Positions 27,002-36,561 of a stretch of DNA of 64,000 nt are shown here, in pieces. The stretch comes from Candidatus Micrarchaeota archaeon (GTDB lineage: Archaea > Micrarchaeota > Micrarchaeia > CABMEP01): the NCBI GenBank assembly GCA_964358895.1, contig CAYHPR010000002.1, positions 30,773 to 94,772 on the forward strand, read 5' to 3'. A program made the position numbers and the translations under genes. The notes under the pieces were generated by a model. That model did no database searches and was not told the origin of the DNA. It was given only the letters and a program-made list of their open reading frames with translations. Positions within the stretch are counted from its first letter, which is position 1. Each line of letters starts with the position of its first letter.

Positions 27002-28870
27002 TTACTGTAACTTCTGATCGGTTTTTTGGTCGATTCGTTGATCAATAATTCGTTCTTGCATTCGTGTTGCTTTTGGCAACGTGAAGCTGATTGTACTGCC
27101 TTGTCCTGTTTCTGATTTTTCAACCCACACGTCTCCTCCATGTAATTTAACGATGTCTTTAGCTATGGCAAGGCCGAGGCCGCTACCTTCTTTTTTGACC
27201 TGTTTTCCTGCCATTTGATAAAATCTCATGAAAATATTCTGCCATTCTGTTTTTGGGATGCCCGAACCTGTATCTATAACATCTATTCGTATATTTTTTT
27301 TGTCGGATGGATACGCATTTACTGTGACCGAACCTTTTTCTGTGAATTTTATTGAATTTGTGACTAGATTAGTCACTACTTGAGCGATTCGGTCCATATC
27401 TCCATCTACTTCCCCTATTATATCTGGAGTATTCCACCGCACCACTAACCCTTTCTTTTCAGCAAGTGATCTGAATGAGCAGCGGTCTTCAAGTGTGCTT
27501 AGGTAAAACGGTTTTCGGTGAATAACGATGGCACCTGCTTCAAGTTTCGAAATGTCCAGCAGATCGTTGATTAGTTTTGCTTCTCTTATTGCTTCTTTGT
27601 GTATTATTTCAGCAGCTTCAGTCTGTTCTTTGTTAAGCAGGCCAAGACTTTTACTATTCAATAATGATGCATATCCCTGAATATTTGTTAGTGGAGTTCG
27701 CAAGTCGTGCGAGACATTACTAACGAACTCTGATTTTAGTCTGTTAAGTTCCATCAGTTCTTTATTCTGTCTTTCTAATTCTCTGCGGATTTGTTCAGTT
27801 TTATCCTCTGCTTTCTTTTTTTCGTCTATGTTTCTCATCGTTCCTCTGAATCCCGTTACTGTTTGCAGTTCTTTGACTGGTACTGCATTTGCAGAGAAGT
27901 AAACCCATCTCTTCTTTGAATTTTGCAGTCTGAACTCAAGGTCACGAAAACCTTTCCCTTCGTTCTGTGCTTTATTCAAAATATTGATGACATTCGAAAG
28001 ATCGTCGGGATGTATAATGGAAACGATTGATTTGACTGTTTCGGGTTTATGTCCAAGTTGTTTTTCAAATTGATAATTTGAATACTGAATTTCTCCTTGT
28101 TTATCTATGACAAATATAATGTCAGTTACATTATCCACCAGCTGCTGGTAAACTTCCTTAGCTTGTGTTATTTGTTCCTTAAGTTTGGTGCGTTCTGATA
28201 CGTCCTTTACTATACAAACAGCAGCTCCATCTACTGGAAGCAGATTGACTTCTGCTTCAAAATTTGTTCCATCTGCTCTGACGCAATTAGTCTCATTTTT
28301 TTGCACTCTATTTTCGGCAGCAGCTTTTTTTATCAGTTGATTAATTTTGCTTCCCCAACCCATCAGATCCTTTATTCCAATTCCAGTGAAATCTTCTTTC
28401 CCAAACATTTTCTTTGCAGCTACATTCCACTCAATTATTCTACCATTTTTATCAATACGTAAAATTGCATCCTGAGTGGTTCCTTCAATTACTCTGAGAA
28501 GTTCAGTGTTCTGATCTAAATGTCTGCGTTGGCTAAGGTTTGAAAGCAACAAAACAGCACTATTATCTATCGTAAGTTCCGTAAATCCAATTTCTATCGA
28601 TGTACCGTTTTTCTTTTTCAACTTATTTTTGTTAAGTATCTTGCTTAATTTACTCCCAATTAATTCACTACGCTGGTATCCTGAAAGAAGTTCAAAGGAA
28701 TTATTTAATTCAATTATTACCTTTTTATCGTTTAGAACAATTCCAGCTTCTCTTAAGCTATCAAATAATAGTTTAAATTTGTTAATTGTCTGTTTTTGCG
28801 GTTCTGTTACATCTTGATTAATGTCTGAGAGCTGTAGCTGCCCTTCGACCGCTTTCTGTTCATCTGCCAT
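27002..28870 (-). CDS. Sensor histidine kinase with multiple PAS domains (cytoplasmic)
   Basis: H-box FVSNVSHDLRTPLTNIQGYA; HATPase N/G boxes (DTGSGIP, GSGLGLAIAKDIVKLHGG); about 3 PAS-like repeats upstream. Confidence 0.9.
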   Translation of the reverse strand: MADEQKAVEGQLQLSDINQDVTEPQKQTINKFKLLFDSLREAGIVLNDKKVIIELNNSFELLSGYQRSELIGSKLSKILNKNKLKKKNGTSIEIGFTELTIDNSAVLLLSNLSQRRHLDQNTELLRVIEGTTQDAILRIDKNGRIIEWNVAAKKMFGKEDFTGIGIKDLMGWGSKINQLIKKAAAENRVQKNETNCVRADGTNFEAEVNLLPVDGAAVCIVKDVSERTKLKEQITQAKEVYQQLVDNVTDIIFVIDKQGEIQYSNYQFEKQLGHKPETVKSIVSIIHPDDLSNVINILNKAQNEGKGFRDLEFRLQNSKKRWVYFSANAVPVKELQTVTGFRGTMRNIDEKKKAEDKTEQIRRELERQNKELMELNRLKSEFVSNVSHDLRTPLTNIQGYASLLNSKSLGLLNKEQTEAAEIIHKEAIREAKLINDLLDISKLEAGAIVIHRKPFYLSTLEDRCSFRSLAEKKGLVVRWNTPDIIGEVDGDMDRIAQVVTNLVTNSIKFTEKGSVTVNAYPSDKKNIRIDVIDTGSGIPKTEWQNIFMRFYQMAGKQVKKEGSGLGLAIAKDIVKLHGGDVWVEKSETGQGSTISFTLPKATRMQERIIDQRIDQKTDQKLQ

Positions 28871-28943
28871 ATTGTGCTTTTAGCGTAAGAGATTTAATGT
28901 TATTTATTGAAAGAGGGCTACAGCAAGTAAACAGAGGCAGAAG

Positions 28944-30158
28944 ATGAGAATAGAAGAGGCACAGCTAGAACAGGATATACTGCACGCACTGACTACTGCT
29001 GACGGTGGAGTCGAGACGTCAGAACTTTTAAGCAGTATTTCTTCGGATAAAGACGAGATTAAGGCGGCTCTAGTCAGACTTAAAGGCGATGAGCGTATAG
29101 ACAGCAGATTTGTTGGCAAGAACGAATATTGGTATGTACTGGCGCACACAGAGCCAAAAAGGATACTAGTTGTCGAGGACGATAAAGATATTAATAAACT
29201 AATTCAGCTTTCAATCGGTGGCGGGTATAAAATTGAGGCAGCTTATGACGGCGATGAAGCACTCGGTATGGTTGATGTATTTAAGCCAGATTTGATTTTT
29301 CTAGATCTAATGTTACCTGGGGCCAATGGCTTGGAGATATGTAAGAAAATAAAGCAAAGTCCAGACAAAAAAAATACAACTATTGTTATTGTTTCTGCTG
29401 CGGATGCAGCCGTTAACCGTTTCTTCGGAATTAAATATGGTGCAGACTATTATATCAAAAAGCCATTCGAGCCAATGGAGCTCAAGGCTCTAACTAAAAT
29501 TTTTCTCAAGAAACACGGAAGCTTATTCGATCCGCTTGTAGACCTCCCAGATGTGAAGAGACTTCTTACAGTGATAAAGAGTTACGTAGACGAAAAAGAC
29601 ACAGAATTTACTAAAATAGATCTTGACGGACTTGAAGAGTATCAGGTAAGTTATGGAAAGAAAGAAGCAAAACTTATTGTCAGGCTGGTTTCACAAATGC
29701 TCCAGGATAAATTGAAGGAGACAGAAATTAATGCAACTATTGCATATCTAGGTGAGAATTCTTTCGTCATAGCTGCAAAGCGTGGCAATGCTGATAAGTT
29801 CTTAGCCGAGACAGAAGCTGATTTCAGGCGTGTCTCAGGTTTCATCAGACAGAAGCACAAGATAACTGGAGAATTATTCGAAAAATTAGAACGTGGAAAG
29901 ACAGGAGGCCAGAAATTCGCACTTAGACTTGTATACTATACTATCAATATGGATGCATTCAAGAAACAGTTTGAGAAGGAAATTTGGCCAGACGTCACAG
30001 AAGAAGCCAAACAAATCAATATTGCGGCTGTACGCAATATTTCACTTGATCAGATAAGAACTCTCTTCGAGACGGTCGCATCTAAAGATATCGAAGTTTC
30101 AATGAAGGAAGTAGGCGGCCAATCAAGGATCACTGCAGGAAGACCAGGGAAAAAATAG
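28944..30158 (+). CDS. Response regulator: wHTH-like N-terminus + REC + degenerate GGDEF-like (nucleotidyl-cyclase fold) C-terminal domain
   Basis: REC: ILVVEDDKDI...DLIFLDLMLPGANG...K. C-terminus: DPLVDLPD.., KIDLDGLEEYQVSYGKKEAKLIV, AYLGENSFVIAA align with GGDEF-domain DPLTGL / DIDxFKxIND..G / GGDEF blocks. Confidence 0.8.
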   Translation: MRIEEAQLEQDILHALTTADGGVETSELLSSISSDKDEIKAALVRLKGDERIDSRFVGKNEYWYVLAHTEPKRILVVEDDKDINKLIQLSIGGGYKIEAAYDGDEALGMVDVFKPDLIFLDLMLPGANGLEICKKIKQSPDKKNTTIVIVSAADAAVNRFFGIKYGADYYIKKPFEPMELKALTKIFLKKHGSLFDPLVDLPDVKRLLTVIKSYVDEKDTEFTKIDLDGLEEYQVSYGKKEAKLIVRLVSQMLQDKLKETEINATIAYLGENSFVIAAKRGNADKFLAETEADFRRVSGFIRQKHKITGELFEKLERGKTGGQKFALRLVYYTINMDAFKKQFEKEIWPDVTEEAKQINIAAVRNISLDQIRTLFETVASKDIEVSMKEVGGQSRITAGRPGKK

Positions 30159-30304
30159 ATTTCCTTGAATTAAATCAATAAACCCTTTATTAGGTCGTTG
30201 TCTATGGCTTCTTTTTTACTGAAAAATTTGATAATGTTTTTGGGCCGATCTTTTAAACCAGAAAATATTAGAGGATTTTAGTTCTATAGCGTAGGATTTT
30301 TATA

Positions 30305-30619
30305 TTGCCAATACGTTTAATGTGTATGACAAGAGAGATTAATCATCAAATAAAAGAACTCTATTTTGAAAAAATTTTAAATCTTCGTCTTTCAGACCCA
30401 TTATTCATAAGCATCGTTTCAAGTTCTGATTTTATCCCTCTTTTTAATTATTTTCTAAAAGAAGGAGATCCACAACAAAAAGCGGCGGCAGTAACTTTGC
30501 TTTTAGTGGGCAATAATAAAGAAGCTATAAAACGTTTAAAACTAGAAGTCTTTAAACTACCTAAAACTATTCAAGAACAATTAAATTATTCAAACGAATT
30601 TAAAAAAAGATTAGTGTGA
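30305..30619 (+). CDS. Hypothetical protein
   Basis: 104-aa ORF; the true start is probably the ATG at about 30320. Confidence 0.4.
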   Translation: MPIRLMCMTREINHQIKELYFEKILNLRLSDPLFISIVSSSDFIPLFNYFLKEGDPQQKAAAVTLLLVGNNKEAIKRLKLEVFKLPKTIQEQLNYSNEFKKRLV

Positions 30620-30623
30620 GGAT

Positions 30624-31613
30624 ATGGGAACAACGGAAACATTAGAAAAAGAAAAAAAAAGTAGTATAAGAACTTTACTTAAGCTGAATAAAAATAATCT
30701 GTACAGAACAAAAGAATTAATAGAAAACATAATTAGTGAGGTTTCAAAAAATCCCGTGAAGGAATATAATCCAGTAAATAAAGAAAAAATAAGAAAAGAA
30801 TACGAAGACTTAACTGAAGCAGAATGTAAGGAGTATGTCGAAGTTATTAAAGCCTTAGAGATCACATCAACTCAAGAAAATATAGTAATGATAGATAAGT
30901 TGTTGTATCTTAACTATGGAGATATAACGCGTCTTTCGCAAGAATACATGGTCCTTAACGATGAAAATGAAAGATTAGCTATGAAAGACGGGGCGGTAAA
31001 GATCGCTAAATTTGTAAAGGATAATGATATAAAAGAAATAATTGTTTTAGAAAAAAGCGGAAGACCTATGGCTTTTTTCTTTGAATTAGTTTGGAAAAGG
31101 ATATTCTCAACAATCGAATTACCTAAAATTTACTACCTAGATCCATCGGAGTTTGCGCCTCACTATAAAGAAACCGATCAACCAAAACATGTAATAAAAT
31201 CATTTCTGCCCGAATTATACAAAACTAGCCGAATTTTTAATAGGATTCTAAATAAGTTGAATAAGGTAAAAGAAAAGTCCATCCTAATATTGGACGACTT
31301 CTTTAAAACAGGCGAACAACTCGACAGAACTAAAAAAGCATTAAAATCTATTTTAAAAATAGATAATATCTATACTGGAGCAATTGTTTCAAAATCAGAA
31401 CGAGAGTATGGATTAATAACGCCAGATGTATATGGTCCCGAGGTTAAAAATAAAACAAATTTTTCTGAGTATGTAGGATATTCTGAAATGTCACTTTCAA
31501 TCCATGAAAAATTACCTAAACTTGAGGGCAGACATCTTTGGCGTTTTTTGAGGAAAGAGCAGTTAAATAGAGATTTGATTAAGTTAGCAGAGACAATAGA
31601 CGCAGTTATATAA
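30624..31613 (+). CDS. Hypothetical protein with phosphoribosyltransferase-like PRPP-loop motif
   Basis: SILILDDFFKTGEQL resembles the PRTase VLIVDDxxxTGxT loop; the rest is unrecognised. Confidence 0.45.
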   Translation: MGTTETLEKEKKSSIRTLLKLNKNNLYRTKELIENIISEVSKNPVKEYNPVNKEKIRKEYEDLTEAECKEYVEVIKALEITSTQENIVMIDKLLYLNYGDITRLSQEYMVLNDENERLAMKDGAVKIAKFVKDNDIKEIIVLEKSGRPMAFFFELVWKRIFSTIELPKIYYLDPSEFAPHYKETDQPKHVIKSFLPELYKTSRIFNRILNKLNKVKEKSILILDDFFKTGEQLDRTKKALKSILKIDNIYTGAIVSKSEREYGLITPDVYGPEVKNKTNFSEYVGYSEMSLSIHEKLPKLEGRHLWRFLRKEQLNRDLIKLAETIDAVI

Positions 31614-31739
31614 CTCCGTCTAAAGGGTATACTTGAAACCTCATTTTTTTCCGAAGTTAGTTCCTCTCTCTTTGAGTTCCATTTTTATTACGAAAAAGGG
31701 AAGCTAAAGAATAAGGGGAAGGTTATTTGGGTAACGATA

Positions 31740-32066
31740 TCAGAACTCTATAGAATCTCCTAAACTTATTTTCAAGTTTTTAATCGATCCAGCAGGCATT
31801 TCAACTAAAAACCTAGCTTTCCTTTTAGTTGTTATGAAAGAAAAAGGCTTTACGTTGGTGTAAATCTCAACAACCTTTTTGTTTTTGTCAAGGAAGACTG
31901 CGTCGAACGGGACGCAGAATAAGGAATGGATCGAAATTATTTGTTCATGGGAAAACGGGAAGACCAGAGGTCTGGTCAATTTTTTTCTGAACATTATTCC
32001 AATAGCTCGCTTAAGCATTGTATCTGCTAGTTCGTAATTTTTGAGCCTAATTATTTTCATAAACAA
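31740..32066 (-). CDS. DUF192 family protein
   Basis: GIMFRKKL...PFDAVFLDKNKKVVEI...FLVEMPAGS...GDSIEF matches the DUF192 (COG1430) pattern. Confidence 0.7.
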   Translation of the reverse strand: MFMKIIRLKNYELADTMLKRAIGIMFRKKLTRPLVFPFSHEQIISIHSLFCVPFDAVFLDKNKKVVEIYTNVKPFSFITTKRKARFLVEMPAGSIKNLKISLGDSIEF

Positions 32067-32068
32067 AC

Positions 32069-32599
32069 CTAAAATTTTAATCTATAATTTACCTGGATAC
32101 TTGTTTGTTCAAATGTTAATAAAATATCCCTCAGTTTTTTCTTCCTCTCATTTTTGTCAGATTTTTCAGTCAATGAAATGGCAACGGATTGTTTGGACGG
32201 ATCTAGTGTGACATCTTTCATCTCAAAATTTTTCGGAATTAAATGCGATACTACTGCTGCAACAAACTTTCTAGGTTTTTTCTGTATTTCTTCACAAAAG
32301 CTTTTGAGTACAGGCATGCTTTCGACAGCAATAGAAAATGCGCCCGCAGTAGCCTCTTCGGCGTTTAATTTATTTTCTACAGCATGTCTTAGGATATCTG
32401 CAGCTGTCTGTGTTTCTTTTTTAGCTAAAAAATTTTCTATATCTCTATTTTCTGTCAGTTCTATTGAGATCAGAACATTTTTTTTTCTGTCTTTCCCTTT
32501 TTTAACAACCGGAGGCTCTGCCAAAATTAGATTAGAAAATGTAAAAAGTATGGCAAATGTTGTTGCCAATTTAGGTTTCAATTTTTCTATTGTTCCCAC
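32069..32599 (-). CDS. Hypothetical secreted or membrane-anchored protein
   Basis: N-terminal hydrophobic segment LATTFAILFTFSNLILA; no family recognised. Confidence 0.4.
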   Translation of the reverse strand: MGTIEKLKPKLATTFAILFTFSNLILAEPPVVKKGKDRKKNVLISIELTENRDIENFLAKKETQTAADILRHAVENKLNAEEATAGAFSIAVESMPVLKSFCEEIQKKPRKFVAAVVSHLIPKNFEMKDVTLDPSKQSVAISLTEKSDKNERKKKLRDILLTFEQTSIQVNYRLKF

Positions 32600-32702
32600 A
32601 GAAATGCTTAGAATTGATCATATAAAACACTTAGCTTCCGCTAGCTGTTCGTGAATCGAATTAACAATAAAAAGAATAGGTTAAGTTGAATGCCTTAGAC
32701 GT

Positions 32703-32897
32703 TCAGAGAAATACTAAATTAGATTTTCCTGGAGCATATCTCTTTTCATACATCCGTTGCATTTCCAACTGTTTTTGAAGTGCCTTTATTATGTCGTCAC
32801 TTCTTTTTTGTTTTTTCATGATTTCGCTTGTCAAGGGTTTAGGAACTAATTCTAGTTTATTTTCATGCAACTTACCAGTTAGTTGTTTAACTCTCAT
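32703..32897 (-). CDS. Small hypothetical protein
   Basis: 64-aa ORF of basic helical composition. Confidence 0.3.
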   Translation of the reverse strand: MRVKQLTGKLHENKLELVPKPLTSEIMKKQKRSDDIIKALQKQLEMQRMYEKRYAPGKSNLVFL

Positions 32898-33442
32898 TTT
32901 TAGACCTATGATATTTGTTTTTTAATCTATTAATTCTTTCTATTCTGATGTTTTACTTGAATTTTATACAGCTTACGCTAGCAGTCTGCGAAATTAATTA
33001 AGAAAAAAGAATAGGATGAGTGAAGAACACGGAAACTTGAGAAATAGGAGATTTAGTATTGGACTGGCACACAAATCGCTTGCGCTCTTTGCTTACACCA
33101 CCAACCTATCAAACCCGTCTGCTACGGGCTCCCACAGCTGACTCGTTTTGGGAGATCCTTCGACCTTAGATGCTTTCAGGTCTTATGATCTGGCGCGTGG
33201 CTGCCCGGCGATGCTTGTTACAACCGGTATACTAGAGGCGCCTACCCTCTGTTCCTCTCGTACTCAGAGGATATTACCCTCAGTCAACAACACTCCCAGT
33301 AGATACTACCGTACTGTCTCGCGACGTACTGAACCCAGCTCGTGTACCTCTTTAACGGATGTACAACCCGACCCTTGGAAGCTCCTGCACTTCCAGGATG
33401 AGATAAGCCGACAGCGATGTACCAAGCCGCGGGGTCGATATG

Positions 33443-33490
33443 TACGCGATAGTCTAATTAGTGTTTGACGAAAACTAGGCTATCGCAGGG
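33443..33490 (-). other. 23S insertion 1 (48 nt, ORF-less) inside the H89-equivalent GAGT|CATATCGAC block
   Basis: Conserved CGATATG..TACTCTCGCCCGCG is split by a hairpin, GCGATAG..CTATCGC. The boundary is ambiguous by the repeated TAC. Confidence 0.6.
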
Positions 33491-33513
33491 TACTCTCGCC
33501 CGCGACGAGCCTG

Positions 33514-33860
33514 TTTTGGGTCATTCCAGCAAAAATAAAATTACGAATAATTAATTTACGAATTTGATTTGTTATGAATAGAATTATTGACGTAGCTAAA
33601 CGTCAAAATTTACGAGGTTTATTCGTAAATTATCCATAAAGAATCCAGAGTTTCGACTAAAGCATTTTTGAAAAAAATTCGAGAATCAAGAAAAATTCAA
33701 GATTAAATCTAAGAGTAACTCTAAGAGTATTTCTAAGATAAAATCTACGATTATATCTAGATATCTAAAATTATTTTCATATTGTTTGCGCTTTAGGTGT
33801 GGTAGTAAGAGGAGATCAAACTAAACCACACTCTGGACTCCAAAATTTTCACTGAAACGA
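33514..33860 (-). other. 23S insertion 2 (347 nt, ORF-less, AT-rich) splitting GGGG(G/A)UAA|CAGGCU
   Basis: Exon halves ..gagcctg (33507-33513) and ttacccccgggg (33861-) rejoin to the universal CCGGGGATAACAGGCTGAT-like block. There is no ORF of 60 aa or more; internal TTACGAAT and TCTAAGAGTA repeats are present. Confidence 0.7.
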
Positions 33861-34029
33861 TTACCCCCGGGGTAACTTGTCTGACAGATTGAGCCCTTAT
33901 CAAAAGGATTTCAATGTTCATTAAGCCCGACTTTCGTCTCTGCGAGACATACTGTTAGTCTCACAGTCAGTCCTGCATTTCTCTTTAACCGTTATCATCC
34001 GACGTTCAGCGATGATGAGCGTCATTCGC

Positions 34030-34129
34030 TGCTTTGCCTCATCATAAACTTTTAGGAAATCTTTCGAAAATAAATTTCGAAAAATTGTTTTATAAAAAGT
34101 TTCTGAGGTTGTACATAATATCATTCGCA
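34030..34129 (-). other. 23S insertion 3 (about 100-150 nt, ORF-less, long AT hairpin); boundaries uncertain
   Basis: CCTCA..AAACTTTT....AAAAGTTT..TGAGG hairpin flanked by the direct repeat TCATTCGC. The region is longer than the corresponding E. coli or haloarchaeal segment as recalled from memory. Confidence 0.5.
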
Positions 34130-34536
34130 CATCACTGATCACTTTCGTTTCTGACCGGATTAAGCAGAACATTGGGCGCCTTTATTTCCTTATCGAAGGC
34201 GTACTGCCCCAGCCAAACTATCCATCTGCAGCTGTTCCTTTTCAGGTTAGAAACACAAAAATTGTAAAGTGGTGTTACATTGGTGCATCCACCTCGGCCG
34301 CGACCAAGGTTTCTACGCTCCCACTTACGCTATGTAACAATTCCTATATTTCAACAACAGACTATAGTAAAGCTCCACGGGGTCTTCGTTTCCCACTAGG
34401 AGTCCTCCGCATATTCACGGAGCAGTGAGTTCACCAGGTCCCTCTCTGGGACAGTGGGGGATTCGTTATGCCCTTCATGCAAGTCGCCAATTAAGCGACG
34501 AGGTATTACGCTACCTTAAGAGGGTCAGATTGGTAC

Positions 34537-34567
34537 AAAATTTCTATTAGAAATTTTCTAGAAATCT
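34537..34567 (-). other. 23S insertion 4 (about 31 nt) in the GGTAAACGGCGG|CCGTAAC-equivalent block
   Basis: aaaatttctattagaaattttctagaaatct interrupts otherwise conserved sequence immediately 5' (RNA sense) of CTTAAGGTAGCG. Confidence 0.5.
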
Positions 34568-35617
34568 CGTGTTACCCCCGCTCTTCGCCAGCCCTTTGTG
34601 CCCTTGAACGAGCGTATCGGGTACTGGTAGTGAGCAGGCATCGCCTTCCATACTAGACATTGCTATTTTGCGTAAAGCTGTGTTTTTGGTAAACAGTCGA
34701 TCCCCCCAATTCACTGCGACCTGCGCATGCAACTTGCGTCACAAACGCAGGCAATCCTTGTACCGAAGGTACGGATCTATTTGGCCGAATTCCCTAGAGA
34801 GAGTTCCCCTGCCACGCCTTAGAATTTTCATCTTGCAGCACCTGTACTGGATCTTGGTACGATCACAACGAATCGGATAGAGAAATTTTTCACGGACCCA
34901 AAGCGTACGCCAAACCGCCTAAGGGCGGCTATTCGCATATTATACTGCTTCTCCTCATAATGAGACTCCACAGTACTATGTTGCTTAAACAGAGTCTCCC
35001 CTGCTCAGCTTAGCTTCAGATGTCAATCTCTACCTTGTGTTGCCACGTCTATCGTTGTGGCTGCCGAATATTAACGGCATTCCCTTTCATGTCCTAGTAA
35101 TTGGCTGGACATTTAGGATCGGCTAACTCTTGGCTGTCGAACGTTGCCAAGAAAACCGAGTGCTTTCGGCGTTCAGGATTCTAACCTGAATTTGCTGCTA
35201 CTGACGCCAGGATATTTATTGCAAAACGGTCCATAGGAGCTCACGCCCCTACTTCTGCCCGTTCCGCACACCTTCCTACCAGATTACGTATTTTGTACGT
35301 ACTCTTGGGTATCAGAAATCAGTTTAGTCCCGTACATTTTCGGAATGTGTACTTCTTCTAGTAAACTAGATCGAGCGGTCCGCTATTACGCGTTGCTTAG
35401 ACGATGGCTGCTTCTGAGCCTACGTCCCGCTTGTCTAGAAATGAACACTCCTTGTGACTTCACACTTAACTGATATTTAGGGTCTTTAACCCAAGTTTCG
35501 GTCGTTCCCGTCACGGCACACTAGCTTACCCAGTGCAACCCGACTCTCAACTTCTACAATGAACAAAGATTCGGAGTTTGACAAGAAAGCAGACTCTTTC
35601 GAATCTATTCTCCCTAA

Positions 35618-36547
35618 TCAGTGCTCTACCCCTTGTTCCATCTCCATTGAGGTCATCCTGATGGATGCTTCGGAAGGAACCCGCTTTCGCGGACTTAAAA
35701 GGCTATTAAGTTCGTTTTTCTTCCGGATAACCGGAATATGAGTATAAAATCTTTTTACATTTTCAAGACCATTAATATACAAATCATAAGTTGATCTGTT
35801 TTTGTATGGTCCTGCTGAATTTATTGGGAAAGTTGAAAGTGCTTTCCTAATAAATTCTAAAGATTCTTTGTTTGTCTGCGTGATTTTTAGCTTATATCTC
35901 CCTGTTTTTTCAACTGTTTTAACAGAAGGGCAATATCCTTCTGCGTCGAAAAAACCAGCAATATATTTACTCCACAACTTCTTATTTTCAGCTATCATTT
36001 TTGGTGTCGACCACGTTGTTTGTCTTGTCGGCATTTCAAAAACTTTTTCGAAAAAGATAACTAAAGGTTTAGATGAAAACCTTAGTCTGTAACTTTCTCT
36101 ATCTTTTTCTATAACTCCTTTAATTCGGAAGTTCATCTGAAAAATCTTGCTTAAATATTTCAACCAAAATTCAGCATATTTTCCGCTTTGAGTTATTACG
36201 ATATCGTTTTTTCTCCCAGTTTTTCTGAGATTTCCGTCCCTCAAAGCACCTACAAGATAAGCTACATCTTCGTTTATTTTAGGAATCTTTATTCCTTTAT
36301 TGCTAAGAGACCTAATGTCTTTGGCAATTGTTAGGATTTCACTTTTTTCCTTTTCGTTCGAAATTTCCAAAAGCAAATCTAACGGAATTGCAACCCCTGA
36401 AAGATAACTATATTTTGTAGATCTTTTCAATTTGCCGAGTTTTTCGAAGTGAGTTTTAACAATCTCTTCACAACCTGTTATGAAAAGATTCTCACCTTTG
36501 AAATATTCAACAAGAAGCTGTTTATCACGCATACAGTTTTTACTCAA
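35618..36547 (-). CDS. LAGLIDADG homing endonuclease (double-motif), intron-encoded in 23S
   Basis: Motifs VAYLVGALRDGNL and YIAGFFDAEGYC. The last 22 codons of the ORF-track model read into the downstream rRNA exon. The likely ATG start is at 36532. Confidence 0.85.
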   Translation of the reverse strand: MSKNCMRDKQLLVEYFKGENLFITGCEEIVKTHFEKLGKLKRSTKYSYLSGVAIPLDLLLEISNEKEKSEILTIAKDIRSLSNKGIKIPKINEDVAYLVGALRDGNLRKTGRKNDIVITQSGKYAEFWLKYLSKIFQMNFRIKGVIEKDRESYRLRFSSKPLVIFFEKVFEMPTRQTTWSTPKMIAENKKLWSKYIAGFFDAEGYCPSVKTVEKTGRYKLKITQTNKESLEFIRKALSTFPINSAGPYKNRSTYDLYINGLENVKRFYTHIPVIRKKNELNSLLSPRKRVPSEASIRMTSMEMEQGVEH

Positions 36548-36561
36548 TTAGCCCTTTAAAT
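35684..36561 (-). other. 23S insertion 5 (878 nt) with LAGLIDADG ORF, splitting GCGAUAG|CGGGUUCC (E. coli GAGAUAGCUGGUUC block)
   Basis: Flanking sequences rejoin to the conserved ..CAATCGAACATCGCGATAG+CGGGTTCCTTCCGAAGC. Confidence 0.7.

Noticed and set aside
27002-30158. Histidine kinase plus response regulator considered as a Detocs-like defensive two-component system
   Set aside because: The architecture does not match. The kinase has a PAS-type sensor rather than TPR, there is no separate buffer receiver, and there is no PNP or other toxic effector domain. It looks like an ordinary signalling pair.
33148-35741. ORF-track entries 33148..33468, 33921..34172, 34547..34732, 34668..34880 and 35559..35741
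   Set aside because: They lie inside 23S rRNA exons or AT-rich inserts and overlap universally conserved rRNA blocks. Their composition (R/S/C/P-rich) is that of translated structural RNA.
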